50,554 bases of DNA, taken from assembly GCA_964582265.1 (NCBI GenBank), contig CAZOQT010000005.1:1-50554 (forward strand), in the 5' to 3' direction. The stretch is from an uncultured Candidatus Peribacteria bacterium. Its GTDB lineage: Bacteria; Patescibacteriota; Gracilibacteria; UBA1369. The notes beneath the pieces were generated by a model. That model made no database searches. It worked only from the letters and a program-made list of their open reading frames with translations, and was not told the origin of the DNA. The first letter of the stretch is position 1. Each line of letters starts with the position of its first letter. The translations under genes were made by a program, and so were the position numbers. Below, in pieces: positions 9,912 to 19,643 of this stretch.

Positions 9912-10751
9912 ATGGGGTTCAAAAAATTTAAAGCAACTACGCCGGGAAGAAGATTCATGAGTGTCTTAACTTTCGAAGAAATCACCAAGACACGTCCTGA
10001 AAAAAGTCTGCTCACAAGTTTCAAGAAAAACGCAGGCCGCAACAATCAGGGTAAGTTGACCATTCGTCATCAGGGTGGTGGTCACAAACAACTTTATCGC
10101 ATGATTGACTTCAAGCAAACCGACAAAATTGGTATTCCTGCTAAGGTTACAGCAGTTGAATACGACCCAAACCGTACAGCATTTATTATTTTGGCAACAT
10201 ACGCAGATGGTGAAAAAAGATATCATCTTGCACCAGATCAAATCAAAGTTGGTACTACCATTGTTACAAAAGAAAAAGCCGAAATTCGCACAGGGAACAG
10301 AATGGCTTTAAAGAATATTCCAGTTGGCTACGACATCCATAACATTGAACTTACTCCAGGTCGAGGCGGACAAATTGTTCGCTCTGCCGGATCAAAAGCT
10401 CACGTTGTTGGTATTGAAGGTGATCACGCTCAAATTCAACTTCCTTCAAACGAAGTTCGTTTAGTAGATAAAAACTGTTTCGCGACAATCGGTGGTGTTA
10501 GCAATATAGATCATGCCAATATCAAAATCGGTAAAGCAGGACGCAAACGCTGGATGGGTAAAAGACCAGAAGTTCGTGGTAAAGCCATGAATCCGATTGA
10601 CCATCCGCATGGTGGTGGTGAAGGTAATCAGCCAACAGGTCTTCCAGGTCCAAAAACTCCATGGGGTATGCCTGCACTTGGCTTCAAGACTCGCAAGCGT
10701 AAGTATTCAGATACTATGATTGTTAAGGATCGCCGTCGTGGAAAAGCCTAA
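9912..10751 (+). CDS. rplB: 50S ribosomal protein L2
   Basis: 279 aa, [18 protein letters not shown] and HPHGGGEG motifs. Confidence 0.98.
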   Translation: MGFKKFKATTPGRRFMSVLTFEEITKTRPEKSLLTSFKKNAGRNNQGKLTIRHQGGGHKQLYRMIDFKQTDKIGIPAKVTAVEYDPNRTAFIILATYADGEKRYHLAPDQIKVGTTIVTKEKAEIRTGNRMALKNIPVGYDIHNIELTPGRGGQIVRSAGSKAHVVGIEGDHAQIQLPSNEVRLVDKNCFATIGGVSNIDHANIKIGKAGRKRWMGKRPEVRGKAMNPIDHPHGGGEGNQPTGLPGPKTPWGMPALGFKTRKRKYSDTMIVKDRRRGKA

Positions 10752-10766
10752 TCCCCTATTTAAAAC

Positions 10767-10796
10767 TACTAATTACTAATAATTAATTACTAATTA
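10767..10796 (+). repeat. TAATTAY heptad leader motif (upstream of rpsS)
   Basis: TACTAATTACTAATAATTAATTACTAATTA, 3 nt before the ATG. Confidence 0.7.
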
Positions 10797-10799
10797 AAA

Positions 10800-11108
10800 A
10801 TGGCACGAAGTACAAAAAAAGGACCCTACATAGACGAAAAATTAATGAAGAAGATCCAAACCGCTAACTCAAGTGGTCAAAAGAAAATTATCAAGACTTG
10901 GGCGCGTGGATCTATGATTGCACCTGATTTCGTAGGGCACACTATAGCAGTTCACAACGGTAAACAGCATGTTCCAGTCTTCGTTACTGAAAACATGGTA
11001 GGGCACAGAATCGGTGAATTTGCTCCAACTCGTAAATTCAAAGGTCATGGTGGTAAGCTGGCTAAGGAATCAGCAGCTCCAGCAGCACCATCAGCTCCAA
11101 AAGCATAA
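10800..11108 (+). CDS. rpsS: 30S ribosomal protein S19
   Basis: 102 aa, [11 protein letters not shown] and HNGKQHVPV motifs, Ala/Pro-rich tail. Confidence 0.97.
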   Translation: MARSTKKGPYIDEKLMKKIQTANSSGQKKIIKTWARGSMIAPDFVGHTIAVHNGKQHVPVFVTENMVGHRIGEFAPTRKFKGHGGKLAKESAAPAAPSAPKA

Positions 11109-11147
11109 TTTTATATACTAGATTCAAAATACCTAATTCCCTAAAAA

Positions 11148-11600
11148 ATGAAGTCAATAGCAAGGTCAATCCGCATCACTCCAAAGAAAATTAATCTGAT
11201 TGCAGATCTCGTACGCCGCAAGGATGTTACTGAGGCTATGCACATTTTAAAATTCACTCCAAAGAAAGCAGCTAAAATTTTAAACAAAGTTGTAAAAAGT
11301 GCTGTAGCAAATGCCGAAAATAATTTCAAGCAGGAACGTCCAAGTTTGTTTATTCAAGAAATCATTGTTACAGAAGCTCCAACCATGAAACGCAGTGTTC
11401 CTGTTTCTCGTGGTCGCGCTAACCCTATTTTAAAAAGAAATGCTCATATAACAGTATTCCTTGGTGTTAAGGGTGATGACACCGCAGCTTCCAAAGCTGA
11501 AGTTAAAGCCGCAGAAGAAAAGAAACCTGCTAAGGCTTCCAAAGCAACAGTTACCGTAAAAAAGGCACCAGCAAAAAAGAAGGTAGCTAAAGAAGAGTAA
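11148..11600 (+). CDS. rplV: 50S ribosomal protein L22 with Lys/Ala-rich C-terminal extension
   Basis: 150 aa. The core RITPKKINLIADLVRRK... is followed by about 40 aa of K/A-rich tail. Confidence 0.93.
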   Translation: MKSIARSIRITPKKINLIADLVRRKDVTEAMHILKFTPKKAAKILNKVVKSAVANAENNFKQERPSLFIQEIIVTEAPTMKRSVPVSRGRANPILKRNAHITVFLGVKGDDTAASKAEVKAAEEKKPAKASKATVTVKKAPAKKKVAKEE

Positions 11601-11616
11601 AAGGCTTAGGCATCCA

Positions 11617-11651
11617 TAATTACTAACTACTATTATTAATTACTAATTATA
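11617..11651 (+). repeat. TAATTAY heptad leader motif (upstream of rpsC)
   Basis: TAATTACTAACTACTATTATTAATTACTAATTATA, 4 nt before the ATG. Confidence 0.7.
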
Positions 11652-11655
11652 TCCC

Positions 11656-12306
11656 ATGGGTCAAAAAGTAAATCCAAACATTCTAAGAATCGGTGTAATT
11701 AAAAGCTGGGACTCAAAATGGTACGCTCCAAAGCGTAACTATTCCAAGCTTCTACACCAGGACCTAGAGATTCGCAAAATGATTGAGCAAAAACTAAACG
11801 ATGCAGCAATTTCTAAGATTGAAATTCAAAGAACTGCAAATAAAGTTCACGTTCATATTCATTCTGCAAAGCCAGGTGTAATTATTGGTCGCCAGGGAGC
11901 AGGAATCGATGGACTTAAAGATGAACTCCAAAAGAAATTTCATGAAGAATTTACTTTAAATATTAAAGAAATTCAAAAGCCAGCTTTAGATTCCAAACTT
12001 TTGGCTGACAGCATTAAGCAGCAAATTGAAAAAAGAGTTTCTTATCGCCGTGCTGCCAAGATGGCTATTGATAAAGCTCTCGAAACAGGAGCGCTTGGAG
12101 CAAAAATCTTCCTTTCCGGACGTCTAAACGGCGTTGAAATTGCTCGTAGCGAATTCTTCTCCAACGGAAAAATTCCTCTTCATACATTAAGAGCTGATAT
12201 TGATTACTGCTGTGAGCACGCTAAAACAACTTATGGCACAATCGGAATCAAGGTGTGGATTTATAAAGGGGACGTCTTCAAGAAGAAAGAAGTTTATAGC
12301 CAATAA
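11656..12306 (+). CDS. rpsC: 30S ribosomal protein S3
   Basis: 216 aa, MGQKVNPNILRIG start, KH and S3-C domains. Confidence 0.98.
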   Translation: MGQKVNPNILRIGVIKSWDSKWYAPKRNYSKLLHQDLEIRKMIEQKLNDAAISKIEIQRTANKVHVHIHSAKPGVIIGRQGAGIDGLKDELQKKFHEEFTLNIKEIQKPALDSKLLADSIKQQIEKRVSYRRAAKMAIDKALETGALGAKIFLSGRLNGVEIARSEFFSNGKIPLHTLRADIDYCCEHAKTTYGTIGIKVWIYKGDVFKKKEVYSQ

Positions 12307-12308
12307 GC

Positions 12309-12336
12309 TTGATTTATAAGGCAAAAACAGTATAAT
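12309..12336 (+). promoter_or_regulatory. Internal sigma70-like promoter (TTGATT-N16-TATAAT) between rpsC and rplP
   Basis: Hexamers at 12309-12314 and 12331-12336 inside an unusually long (113-nt) rpsC-rplP spacer. Confidence 0.5.
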
Positions 12337-12419
12337 CTTCGCGCACTTAAGAAACGAATACCGCATAGCAAGAACACAAAATATACTAAATACTTCATAC
12401 TAGATACTAAATACTAACT

Positions 12420-12836
12420 ATGTTCGGACCAAGAAAAGTAAAATACAGGAAATCACATCGCTTACGAAATAGCACCAATGGTGTAGCAACTGTTGGCACC
12501 AGAACAGCTTTCGGCGCTTTCGGACTTAAAACTATGGAAGGTGGAGAAATCTCTGGACGCCAAATAGAAGCTGCTCGTCGCGCTATGAGTCGCTACGTAA
12601 AACGTGGCGGAAAAATCTGGATTCGCATTTTCCCACACAAACCAGTGACTCAAAAAGCTGCTGAAGTTCCAATGGGAAGCGGAAAAGGAAGCGTTGAAAA
12701 ATACGTAGCAGCTATCAAGGCAGGAACAGTTTTATTCGAAATGGATGGCGTAGATGAAGCATCAGCACGTGAAGCAATGCGTCTCGCTTCTCAAAAATTG
12801 TCACTCAAATGCAGATTTGTTACTTCTAAAATTTAA
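12420..12836 (+). CDS. rplP: 50S ribosomal protein L16
   Basis: 138 aa, KYRKSHR... and [11 protein letters not shown] motifs. Confidence 0.97.
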   Translation: MFGPRKVKYRKSHRLRNSTNGVATVGTRTAFGAFGLKTMEGGEISGRQIEAARRAMSRYVKRGGKIWIRIFPHKPVTQKAAEVPMGSGKGSVEKYVAAIKAGTVLFEMDGVDEASAREAMRLASQKLSLKCRFVTSKI

Positions 12837-12839
12837 ATC

Positions 12840-13040
12840 ATGTTATCACTACAAGAAATTAGACAATTACAGGAGGCTCAATGGCAAGAAGAGCTTACTC
12901 AGGCTAGAAAAGATCTTCTTAAGATTAAATTCAATCTTAAGAGCGGTCATGCAAAAGAATCAAATAAAGTTAGACTCCTTAAAAAGTACATTGCTCGTTT
13001 GCAAACAGTACGCAAAGAGACAAGCGTTAGCAAAAAATAA
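12840..13040 (+). CDS. rpmC: 50S ribosomal protein L29
   Basis: 66 aa, position and heptad-like L29 pattern (ELTQARKDLLKIKFNL). Confidence 0.9.
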   Translation: MLSLQEIRQLQEAQWQEELTQARKDLLKIKFNLKSGHAKESNKVRLLKKYIARLQTVRKETSVSKK

Positions 13041-13076
13041 TAACTTTACTTATAAATCATAAATCCCAACCATCAC

Positions 13077-13322
13077 ATGAGAACTAAAAAAGGTATTATC
13101 ACTAGCGATAAAATGGATAAAACCCGTGTAATTACGGTTCATTCCTATAAAACTCATCCTAAATATAAGAAGAGATATCGTGTTTCCAAGAAATACTACG
13201 CTCATGATGAAAACAACACTACTAAGGTTGGTGATGAAATAACTATTTATGAAACAAGACCTTTGAGCAAATTAAAACGCTGGACAGTAGAAGCTCCAAA
13301 GGCAGAAACAACCAAGAAATAA
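13077..13322 (+). CDS. rpsQ: 30S ribosomal protein S17
   Basis: 81 aa, [14 protein letters not shown] and HDENN motifs. Confidence 0.95.
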   Translation: MRTKKGIITSDKMDKTRVITVHSYKTHPKYKKRYRVSKKYYAHDENNTTKVGDEITIYETRPLSKLKRWTVEAPKAETTKK

Positions 13323-13361
13323 TCTTAACTTAAGCCCACTCGGGAAATTACCTAAACATAT

Positions 13362-13730
13362 ATGATCCAATTAAGAAGCATGATACAAGTAGCTGATAAC
13401 ACCGGAGCAAAACTTGCTCAGTGTATCAAAGTTATGGGAAGCACCGGCCGCCGCTATGCAGGTCTTGGTGACATAGTTGTGGTAACAGTAAAGGTTGCTG
13501 CTCCACGTGGCACAGTAAAAGAACACGCGGTTGAACGTGGTGTTGTAGTACGCTGCAGAAAAGAAACAAAGCGCAAAGACGGAAGTTATATCCGCTTTGA
13601 TGAAAATGCTATTGTCATTATCAATAAAGAAAATGAACCAAAAGGAACCCGTGTTTTTGGACCAATCGGTCGTGAATTACGTGAAAAAGGTTTTCAAAAA
13701 ATTATCAGTCAGGCTCCAGAAGTACTATAG
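13362..13730 (+). CDS. rplN: 50S ribosomal protein L14
   Basis: 122 aa, MIQ...[11 protein letters not shown] start. Confidence 0.98.
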   Translation: MIQLRSMIQVADNTGAKLAQCIKVMGSTGRRYAGLGDIVVVTVKVAAPRGTVKEHAVERGVVVRCRKETKRKDGSYIRFDENAIVIINKENEPKGTRVFGPIGRELREKGFQKIISQAPEVL

Positions 13731-13771
13731 CAAGCGATATCACCTTAAAAATTATTACTCAAAACCCCAAT

Positions 13772-14140
13772 ATGAAAGTTAAAGTTAACGACAAAGTGCT
13801 GGTTATAAGCGGAAAAGACAAAGGTAAGCAAAGCCGCGTTACACGCGTAATGGTTAAGAACCAAAAGCTTATCGTGGAAAAAGTAAACATGAAGACTAAG
13901 CATGTTAAAAAATCCAGCCAGAAAGCCGGTGAAAAAATTACTTTCGAAGGACCGATTGACGCATCTAATGTAGTGATCATTTGTCCAAATTGCACTAAAC
14001 CAACTCGAGCCGGATACAAACTGCTCGATAACGGCAAAAAAGAACGTATTTGCAAAAAATGTAATCAGTCTTTGGATGGTGCAGCTGCAGAGACAGGGAC
14101 TAAGACTAAAAAGAGCACCAAGAAAATCAAAGCGCTCTAA
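13772..14140 (+). CDS. rplX: 50S ribosomal protein L24 (KOW) with CxxC...CxxC segment
   Basis: 122 aa, KVNDKVLVISGKDKGK KOW motif, CPNC...CKKC in the C-terminal half, K-rich tail. Confidence 0.93.
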   Translation: MKVKVNDKVLVISGKDKGKQSRVTRVMVKNQKLIVEKVNMKTKHVKKSSQKAGEKITFEGPIDASNVVIICPNCTKPTRAGYKLLDNGKKERICKKCNQSLDGAAAETGTKTKKSTKKIKAL

Positions 14141-14154
14141 GCTGAATCTCAAAA

Positions 14155-14179
14155 ATACTAATTATTAATTACTAATTGA
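14155..14179 (+). repeat. TAATTAY heptad leader motif (upstream of rplE)
   Basis: ATACTAATTATTAATTACTAATTGA, 7 nt before the GTG. Confidence 0.7.
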
Positions 14180-14186
14180 AACTAAA

Positions 14187-14753
14187 GTGGCTACACAATT
14201 AACTCTCAAAGAAAATTTTTACAAAAACATCCTTCCTCAGCTTCAAAAGGAACTGAAGATTAAAAATTTTATGGCAGTTCCACGAGTTACCAAAGTTAAG
14301 CTCAATGTGGGAATTGGTAAAATTACAGAGGGCGGAAAAGATTATTCTCACATCGTTGATAATCTTGCTGCAATTACAGGCCAAAAGCCAATTGTTTCCA
14401 AAGCTCGTAAAGCTATTTCCAACTTTAAGTTAAAACAGAATCAACCAGTTGGAGTAAGTGTAACACTCCGCGGCAACAGAATGTATGACTTTTTAAATAA
14501 ACTAGTAAACGTAACTTTTCCTCGTGTTCGCGATTTCCGTGGAATTTCTCCAAAAAGTTTTGATGGCCGTGGCAACTATTCAGTAGCTATTAAAGAACAC
14601 ACTGTATTCCCAGAAATTAACGCTGACGATATTGCTAAGTTACATGGACTTGAAATTACAGTTGTTACAACTGCAAAGTCTAACGAGCATGGCCTTAAAC
14701 TATTAAAGGCACTTGGATTCCCTTTCCAGGAAAGAAAATCTAAGCAATCATAA
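14187..14753 (+). CDS. rplE: 50S ribosomal protein L5
   Basis: 188 aa, GTG start, NFMAVPRVTKV and RGISPKSFDGRGNYS motifs. Confidence 0.97.
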   Translation: MATQLTLKENFYKNILPQLQKELKIKNFMAVPRVTKVKLNVGIGKITEGGKDYSHIVDNLAAITGQKPIVSKARKAISNFKLKQNQPVGVSVTLRGNRMYDFLNKLVNVTFPRVRDFRGISPKSFDGRGNYSVAIKEHTVFPEINADDIAKLHGLEITVVTTAKSNEHGLKLLKALGFPFQERKSKQS

Positions 14754-14758
14754 AAAGA

Positions 14759-14785
14759 TAATTACTAATTATTCATTACTAATTA
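14759..14785 (+). repeat. TAATTAY heptad leader motif (upstream of rpsN/Z)
   Basis: TAATTACTAATTATTCATTACTAATTA, 6 nt before the ATG. Confidence 0.7.
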
Positions 14786-14791
14786 AAGAAG

Positions 14792-15016
14792 ATGGCAAGA
14801 AAAGCTCTTAAAGTAAAAACGGAACGTAACAAGCAAGAATTACTCAAATCTCTTGCGGATGGCAAAAAGCCAAAGTTCGCAACCAAGGTATACAACCGTT
14901 GCAAGCTTTGCGGGCGCAAAGGCGGATATATGAGAAAGTTTGAAATGTGCCGCATTTGCTTTAGAGAAAAAGCCGCAAATGGCCTAATCATGGGCGTGAA
15001 AAAATCATCCTGGTAA
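14792..15016 (+). CDS. rpsZ: 30S ribosomal protein S14, zinc-binding type Z with internal insertion
   Basis: 74 aa, CKLCGR...CRICFRE zinc motif, position between L5 and S8. Confidence 0.92.
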   Translation: MARKALKVKTERNKQELLKSLADGKKPKFATKVYNRCKLCGRKGGYMRKFEMCRICFREKAANGLIMGVKKSSW

Positions 15017-15063
15017 AAAACAATCTACACAATTAACTATCAATAACTCCTAAGTATTAAAAC

Positions 15064-15450
15064 ATGTTGACCACCGATCCAATCGCAGATCTCTTAACTC
15101 GCATTAGAAACGCCACTATGGCTCGCAAAGATTTTGTAACTGTTCCATTTTCAAATCTAAAAATGGCAGTACTAAAGGTTTTGCTTTCTAAAGGCTTTGT
15201 TAAAGAAGCAGAAGTAGAAACAAATGGCTCATTCCAGGAAATAAAAATCACTTTAAATCCTGAAAAAGGTAAATTCCACCTTAAGAAGATCAGTACCCCA
15301 GGACAAAGAATTTACATTAGCACTTCTTCTATCAAAAAAATAAATGGAGGCCTTGGTGTTTCTGTTCTTTCTACTTCAAAAGGCGTAATGAGTGGAGAAG
15401 AAGCAAAAAAACAAAATCTCGGTGGAGAATTAATTTGCGAAGTATACTAA
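15064..15450 (+). CDS. rpsH: 30S ribosomal protein S8
   Basis: 128 aa, DPIADLLTRIRNA start. Confidence 0.97.
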   Translation: MLTTDPIADLLTRIRNATMARKDFVTVPFSNLKMAVLKVLLSKGFVKEAEVETNGSFQEIKITLNPEKGKFHLKKISTPGQRIYISTSSIKKINGGLGVSVLSTSKGVMSGEEAKKQNLGGELICEVY

Positions 15451-15455
15451 TCGCC

Positions 15456-15481
15456 ATTACTAATTATTAATTACTAATTGA
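15456..15481 (+). repeat. TAATTAY heptad leader motif (upstream of rplF)
   Basis: ATTACTAATTATTAATTACTAATTGA, 6 nt before the ATG. Confidence 0.75.
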
Positions 15482-15487
15482 ACCAAA

Positions 15488-16042
15488 ATGTCTCGAATCG
15501 GTAAACAACCAGTCACTATCCCAGCAGGTGTAACTGTTGAACAACGCACGGGAAACATAATTTTCGTTAAAGGACCAAAAGGTGAATTAACTCTTCCTTT
15601 ACACGAAAGAGTTAAAGTAGAAATTGCTGATGGCAAAGTTACTGTAATCCGCACTTCAGAAGAAAAAATCGACAAAAGCCTTCACGGTTTAAGCCGCACA
15701 CTTATTTCTAACATGGTTGAAGGAGTTACAAAAGGCTTCACCAAACAATTAGAAATTCAAGGAGTAGGTTATCGTGCAGCTATGCAAGGTAGTAAATTGG
15801 TTCTTTCTCTTGGTTATTCTCACCCAGTGGAATTTGTTCCTCCAAAGGGAATTACCATAACAATCGACCCAGAAAAGAAAAATATTTTAACCATCACCGG
15901 ATGCAATAAACAAGTTATTGGTGAAGTAGCAGCAAAAATCCGCAGCTATCGTAAACCTGAACCTTATAAGGGCAAAGGTATCCGTTATGTTGGTGAATAT
16001 GTTGCTCGTAAAGCCGGTAAAGCTGCATCAAAGGAGAAGTAA
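15488..16042 (+). CDS. rplF: 50S ribosomal protein L6
   Basis: 184 aa, MSRIGKQPVTIPAGV start. Confidence 0.97.
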   Translation: MSRIGKQPVTIPAGVTVEQRTGNIIFVKGPKGELTLPLHERVKVEIADGKVTVIRTSEEKIDKSLHGLSRTLISNMVEGVTKGFTKQLEIQGVGYRAAMQGSKLVLSLGYSHPVEFVPPKGITITIDPEKKNILTITGCNKQVIGEVAAKIRSYRKPEPYKGKGIRYVGEYVARKAGKAASKEK

Positions 16043-16095
16043 AATAGATAGCATTAAGAAAAATCACTTACATTTACAAGAATCTTAAAGTCATT

Positions 16096-16446
16096 ATGAA
16101 AACATCACCAAAAATCACAGCTCGTGCAAATCGTCACAATCGCATTCGTGCCAAGGTTTCCGGTACTGCAGAAAAACCACGTCTTGTAATTTTCCGCAGT
16201 CTAGATAACCACTACGCTCAATTGATTGATGATGTTACAGGAAAAACTCTAATTTCTGCTTCTGACCTTAAATCTAAATCTAAGGACAAGAAAGCTGATC
16301 GCGCTAAACAAGTAGGTTTAGAAGTAGCAAAACTCGCGTTAGAGAAAAAGATCAATACATGCGTTTTTGATCGTAACGGTTACAAATACCACGGTCGCGT
16401 TAAAGCTATTGCTGAAGGCGCACGTGAAGGTGGCTTACAATTTTAA
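16096..16446 (+). CDS. rplR: 50S ribosomal protein L18
   Basis: 116 aa, [23 protein letters not shown] and [14 protein letters not shown] motifs. Confidence 0.97.
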   Translation: MKTSPKITARANRHNRIRAKVSGTAEKPRLVIFRSLDNHYAQLIDDVTGKTLISASDLKSKSKDKKADRAKQVGLEVAKLALEKKINTCVFDRNGYKYHGRVKAIAEGAREGGLQF

Positions 16447-16460
16447 GCCGATAAAAAAGT

Positions 16461-16489
16461 CTAATTACTAATTATTAATTACTAATTGA
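16461..16489 (+). repeat. TAATTAY heptad leader motif (upstream of rpsE)
   Basis: CTAATTACTAATTATTAATTACTAATTGA, 7 nt before the ATG. Confidence 0.75.
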
Positions 16490-16496
16490 TAAGAAA

Positions 16497-17117
16497 ATGG
16501 CAAAACCTCCAATTAACAAAAAAGGCAGAGCTCCAATGCATGAACAAAAAGAGTTCGAAGAAGAAGTAATACAAATTGATCGCGTAACTCGTGTAGTTAA
16601 AGGAGGTCGCAGACTTCGTTTCCGCGCTACTGTAGTAATTGGTAATAAAAAAGGTAAAGTTGGCGTAGGTATTGGCAAGTCAACTGAAGTTCAGGGAGCA
16701 ATCAAAAAAGCTATTGCTCAAGCCAAGAAGTCTTTGATTGAAGTTCCAATGATTGGACAAACCATTCCTCACCGAGTGGATATGAAATTCAAGAGCGCAA
16801 AATTAATTATTATGCCAGCTCGTCCAGGTACTGGAATTATTGCCGGAGGACCACTGCGCAAGGTAATTGAATTATCTGGTGTTAAAGATGTACTTAGTAA
16901 ATGTTTAGGCGCTAAGAATCGCTTGAATAACAGCCAAGCTGCTATCAATGCTCTTGCTGCGCTAAAAAGCATGCCATGGATCAAAAAGGCCGCTCCAGCA
17001 ACAGCAGCACATGCTGCTCCAGTTGTTGCTAAACCGGTTGCTCCTGTTGCAAAAGCTCCAGCTGAAGCTCCAAAGGCAAAAAAAGAAACTACCAACACTA
17101 AAGCTGCTAAAGCTTAA
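16497..17117 (+). CDS. rpsE: 30S ribosomal protein S5 with Ala/Pro-rich C-terminal extension
   Basis: 206 aa, IDRVTRVVKGGRRLRFRA core, then AAPATAAHAAPVVAKPVAPVAKAPAEAPKAKK tail. Confidence 0.96.
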   Translation: MAKPPINKKGRAPMHEQKEFEEEVIQIDRVTRVVKGGRRLRFRATVVIGNKKGKVGVGIGKSTEVQGAIKKAIAQAKKSLIEVPMIGQTIPHRVDMKFKSAKLIIMPARPGTGIIAGGPLRKVIELSGVKDVLSKCLGAKNRLNNSQAAINALAALKSMPWIKKAAPATAAHAAPVVAKPVAPVAKAPAEAPKAKKETTNTKAAKA

Positions 17118-17154
17118 GAGTCACATTATTTAATCAACTGTAACGCTCATCCCA

Positions 17155-17637
17155 ATGGACAAATTATTGAACTTAAAAAGCAAACCAGGTGCACGCAAAA
17201 AACGCAAGACTGTAGGACGTGGTAATGGATCCGGACACGGCACATATTCAACCAGAGGTGGCAAAGGTCAAACTGCTCGCACTGGTAGTGGCTACAAACC
17301 TGGGTTTGAAGGTGGTCAAACTCCACTTTATCGCAAGATGCCAAAACTTAAAGGTTTTAACAATATCAACCATATAAACTACCAACCGGTTAATGTTGAA
17401 AGCCTTAACATTTTTGATGACAACGAAGAAATCAATGTAGTTAAACTTTATGAAAAGAAACTGGTTAGCCGCAAAGACAAACCTGTAAAGGTTTTAGGCA
17501 ATGGCGAATTAACCAAAAAATTGACTGTTAAAGTAGATCGCGTTTCCGCTTCTGCAAAAGAAAAAATAGAAAAAGCAAAGGGCACAGTTCAAGAACTTAT
17601 GGCTAAAGAAAAAAAAGAGGCTGCAGAAACGAAATAA
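17155..17637 (+). CDS. rplO: 50S ribosomal protein L15
   Basis: 160 aa, GRGNGSGHGTYSTRGGKGQ motif. Follows rpsE directly with no L30 gene between. Confidence 0.96.
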   Translation: MDKLLNLKSKPGARKKRKTVGRGNGSGHGTYSTRGGKGQTARTGSGYKPGFEGGQTPLYRKMPKLKGFNNINHINYQPVNVESLNIFDDNEEINVVKLYEKKLVSRKDKPVKVLGNGELTKKLTVKVDRVSASAKEKIEKAKGTVQELMAKEKKEAAETK

Positions 17638-17698
17638 TCGGTAAACTTTAAAAAGTACTGATTTAAGTCATAAAACAAACTCTTAACTGCCCATTAAA

Positions 17699-18997
17699 AT
17701 GCTCAAGTACCTCCAACAAATCTGGAATTCTAAAGATCTACGTAAAAAGATCCTTTTTACTGTACTCATTCTGGTTACATTCCGTTTAATGGGACAAATT
17801 ACCATTCCGGGTGCTGACGTGAATGCTCTTCAGGCTATTTTCAACAAAAATCAGCTTTTAGGCATGTTCAGTTTATTAACTGGTGGTAGCGCGCATAACT
17901 TCTCCATCATTTTGATGGGGCTTTCTCCATATATTAATGCTTCCATCATCATCCAGCTTTTAACAGTTATTATTCCTAGACTGGAAAATATTTCCAAAGA
18001 AGGACAACAAGGACAAAGAAAGCTTAACCAATATACTCGCTGGTTGAGCTTACCACTTGCATTCCTACAGTCTTACGGCATGATTTTGATTTTGAACTCT
18101 CAATCCCCTGTTCCAATTTTACAAAATATATCTTCCCCAGCGGTAATTTTACCCGTTATGCTAACTGTAACAACTGGTACAGTGCTCTTAATGTGGTTAG
18201 CTGAACTTATTACTGAGTATGGCATTGGCAATGGTAGCTCCATGATCATCTTTGCCGGAATTATTGCTAGTATTCCAGAAACCATCGGACAAAGTTTAGC
18301 CTTATCTCAACAATCCTCAGATAAACTAATTCCATTTGTTATAATGATCTTAATTACCTTGGCTTTAACAATCACGGTAATTTTAGTAACAGAAGCACAA
18401 CGCAACATTCCAGTAAGTTATGCTGGACGCGGCGGACGTGGCGCAAATGAACATTCCAGTTTACCGATTCGCATCAATCAGGCAGGTATGGTTCCAATCA
18501 TCTTCGCAGTTTCTTTAATTACCTTCCCTGGAATTTTGGCTCAATTCTTCCAAAATTCAACTATCGGCTGGCTTAAAAATATGGCTAGTTTTATAGCTAC
18601 ATATTTTCAATCCAACAGCATTCCGTACGTAATTACATATTTCATTCTTGTAATTGCCTTTACTTTCTTCTATGTAGGCATCACTTTTAACCCAGAACAA
18701 GTAGCAGAAAATATTCAAAAACGCGGTGGATACATTCCGGGCATTAGACCAGGAAAACAAACAGCAGAATATCTTGCTGGCATTTCTAACCGTTTAAATT
18801 TGTTTGGTGGCCTATTTATAGCATTCATTGCTGTCTCTCCTATTGTGATTCAAATGATTTCCAGCCGTTTAAGTTTTGGCAGTGTACCAACTATCATCAC
18901 TGGCGCAGGACTTATTATTATAGTTGGCGTTGTACTTGAGGTTATTCGCTCAATTAACGCGCAACTGGTAATGCACGATTACAATAAGCTCTACTAA
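17699..18997 (+). CDS. secY: Preprotein translocase subunit SecY
   Basis: 432 aa, 10-TM pattern, GIGNGSSMIIFAGI motif, operon position. Confidence 0.97.
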   Translation: MLKYLQQIWNSKDLRKKILFTVLILVTFRLMGQITIPGADVNALQAIFNKNQLLGMFSLLTGGSAHNFSIILMGLSPYINASIIIQLLTVIIPRLENISKEGQQGQRKLNQYTRWLSLPLAFLQSYGMILILNSQSPVPILQNISSPAVILPVMLTVTTGTVLLMWLAELITEYGIGNGSSMIIFAGIIASIPETIGQSLALSQQSSDKLIPFVIMILITLALTITVILVTEAQRNIPVSYAGRGGRGANEHSSLPIRINQAGMVPIIFAVSLITFPGILAQFFQNSTIGWLKNMASFIATYFQSNSIPYVITYFILVIAFTFFYVGITFNPEQVAENIQKRGGYIPGIRPGKQTAEYLAGISNRLNLFGGLFIAFIAVSPIVIQMISSRLSFGSVPTIITGAGLIIIVGVVLEVIRSINAQLVMHDYNKLY

Positions 18998-18999
18998 AA

Positions 19000-19635
19000 A
19001 TGGACATTGTTTTGTTTGGTATTCAGGGCTCCGGAAAAGGTACTTTAGGTAAAGCTCTTGCCGAAAAGTATAATTTGCAGATTTTTGAAACGGGGTCAGT
19101 ACTAAGAAAACTTTCCCAAGAAACTTCACCGTTGGCTCAAAAAGTAAAAAGCATTATTGAAGCTGGCCATTTGGTTCCTACCGAAGTGGTGATGGAAATC
19201 ATTGAAGATTTCATGAAAAACCTTAAACCTGGAATAAACGTTTTATTCGATGGCATCCCAAGAAAAATGGATCAGGCGGAAGCTTTTGATAAAATCATGC
19301 AAAAAAATAATCGTAATTTTGTTGGGTTACTGCTTGATATTTCTCAGGAAATAGCGATTCAAAGATTAACAACTCGTCGTCTTTGTAAAAATTGTAAGAC
19401 TGTTTATCCAGCTGCTTATTCAAACTCAAAATGTGAAAAATGCGAAGGAGAACTTATTACCAGAAGTGATGACAACCCGGAGAGTATAAAAACACGTTTA
19501 CAGGCATATTTCACCGAAACCATACCAGTCATTGATAAATATAAGAAAGAAGATAAAATGATCGTAGTGGACGGCACAAAAAGCATAGAAGAAGTTCAAA
19601 GTATTGCTTTTGAAGCACTCCAGGGAAAACTTTAA
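19000..19635 (+). CDS. adk: Adenylate kinase (zinc-lid type)
   Basis: 211 aa, GIQGSGKGT P-loop, CKNC...CEKC lid. Confidence 0.95.
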   Translation: MDIVLFGIQGSGKGTLGKALAEKYNLQIFETGSVLRKLSQETSPLAQKVKSIIEAGHLVPTEVVMEIIEDFMKNLKPGINVLFDGIPRKMDQAEAFDKIMQKNNRNFVGLLLDISQEIAIQRLTTRRLCKNCKTVYPAAYSNSKCEKCEGELITRSDDNPESIKTRLQAYFTETIPVIDKYKKEDKMIVVDGTKSIEEVQSIAFEALQGKL

Positions 19636-19643
19636 TTTCACTT

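Noticed and set aside
12754-17098. Alternative-frame and antisense ORFs within the r-protein operon (for example 12754..13062, 13745..14152, 13759..14055, 16769..17098)
   Set aside because: They overlap well-supported ribosomal genes entirely, and their low-complexity or odd composition is consistent with chance open frames.
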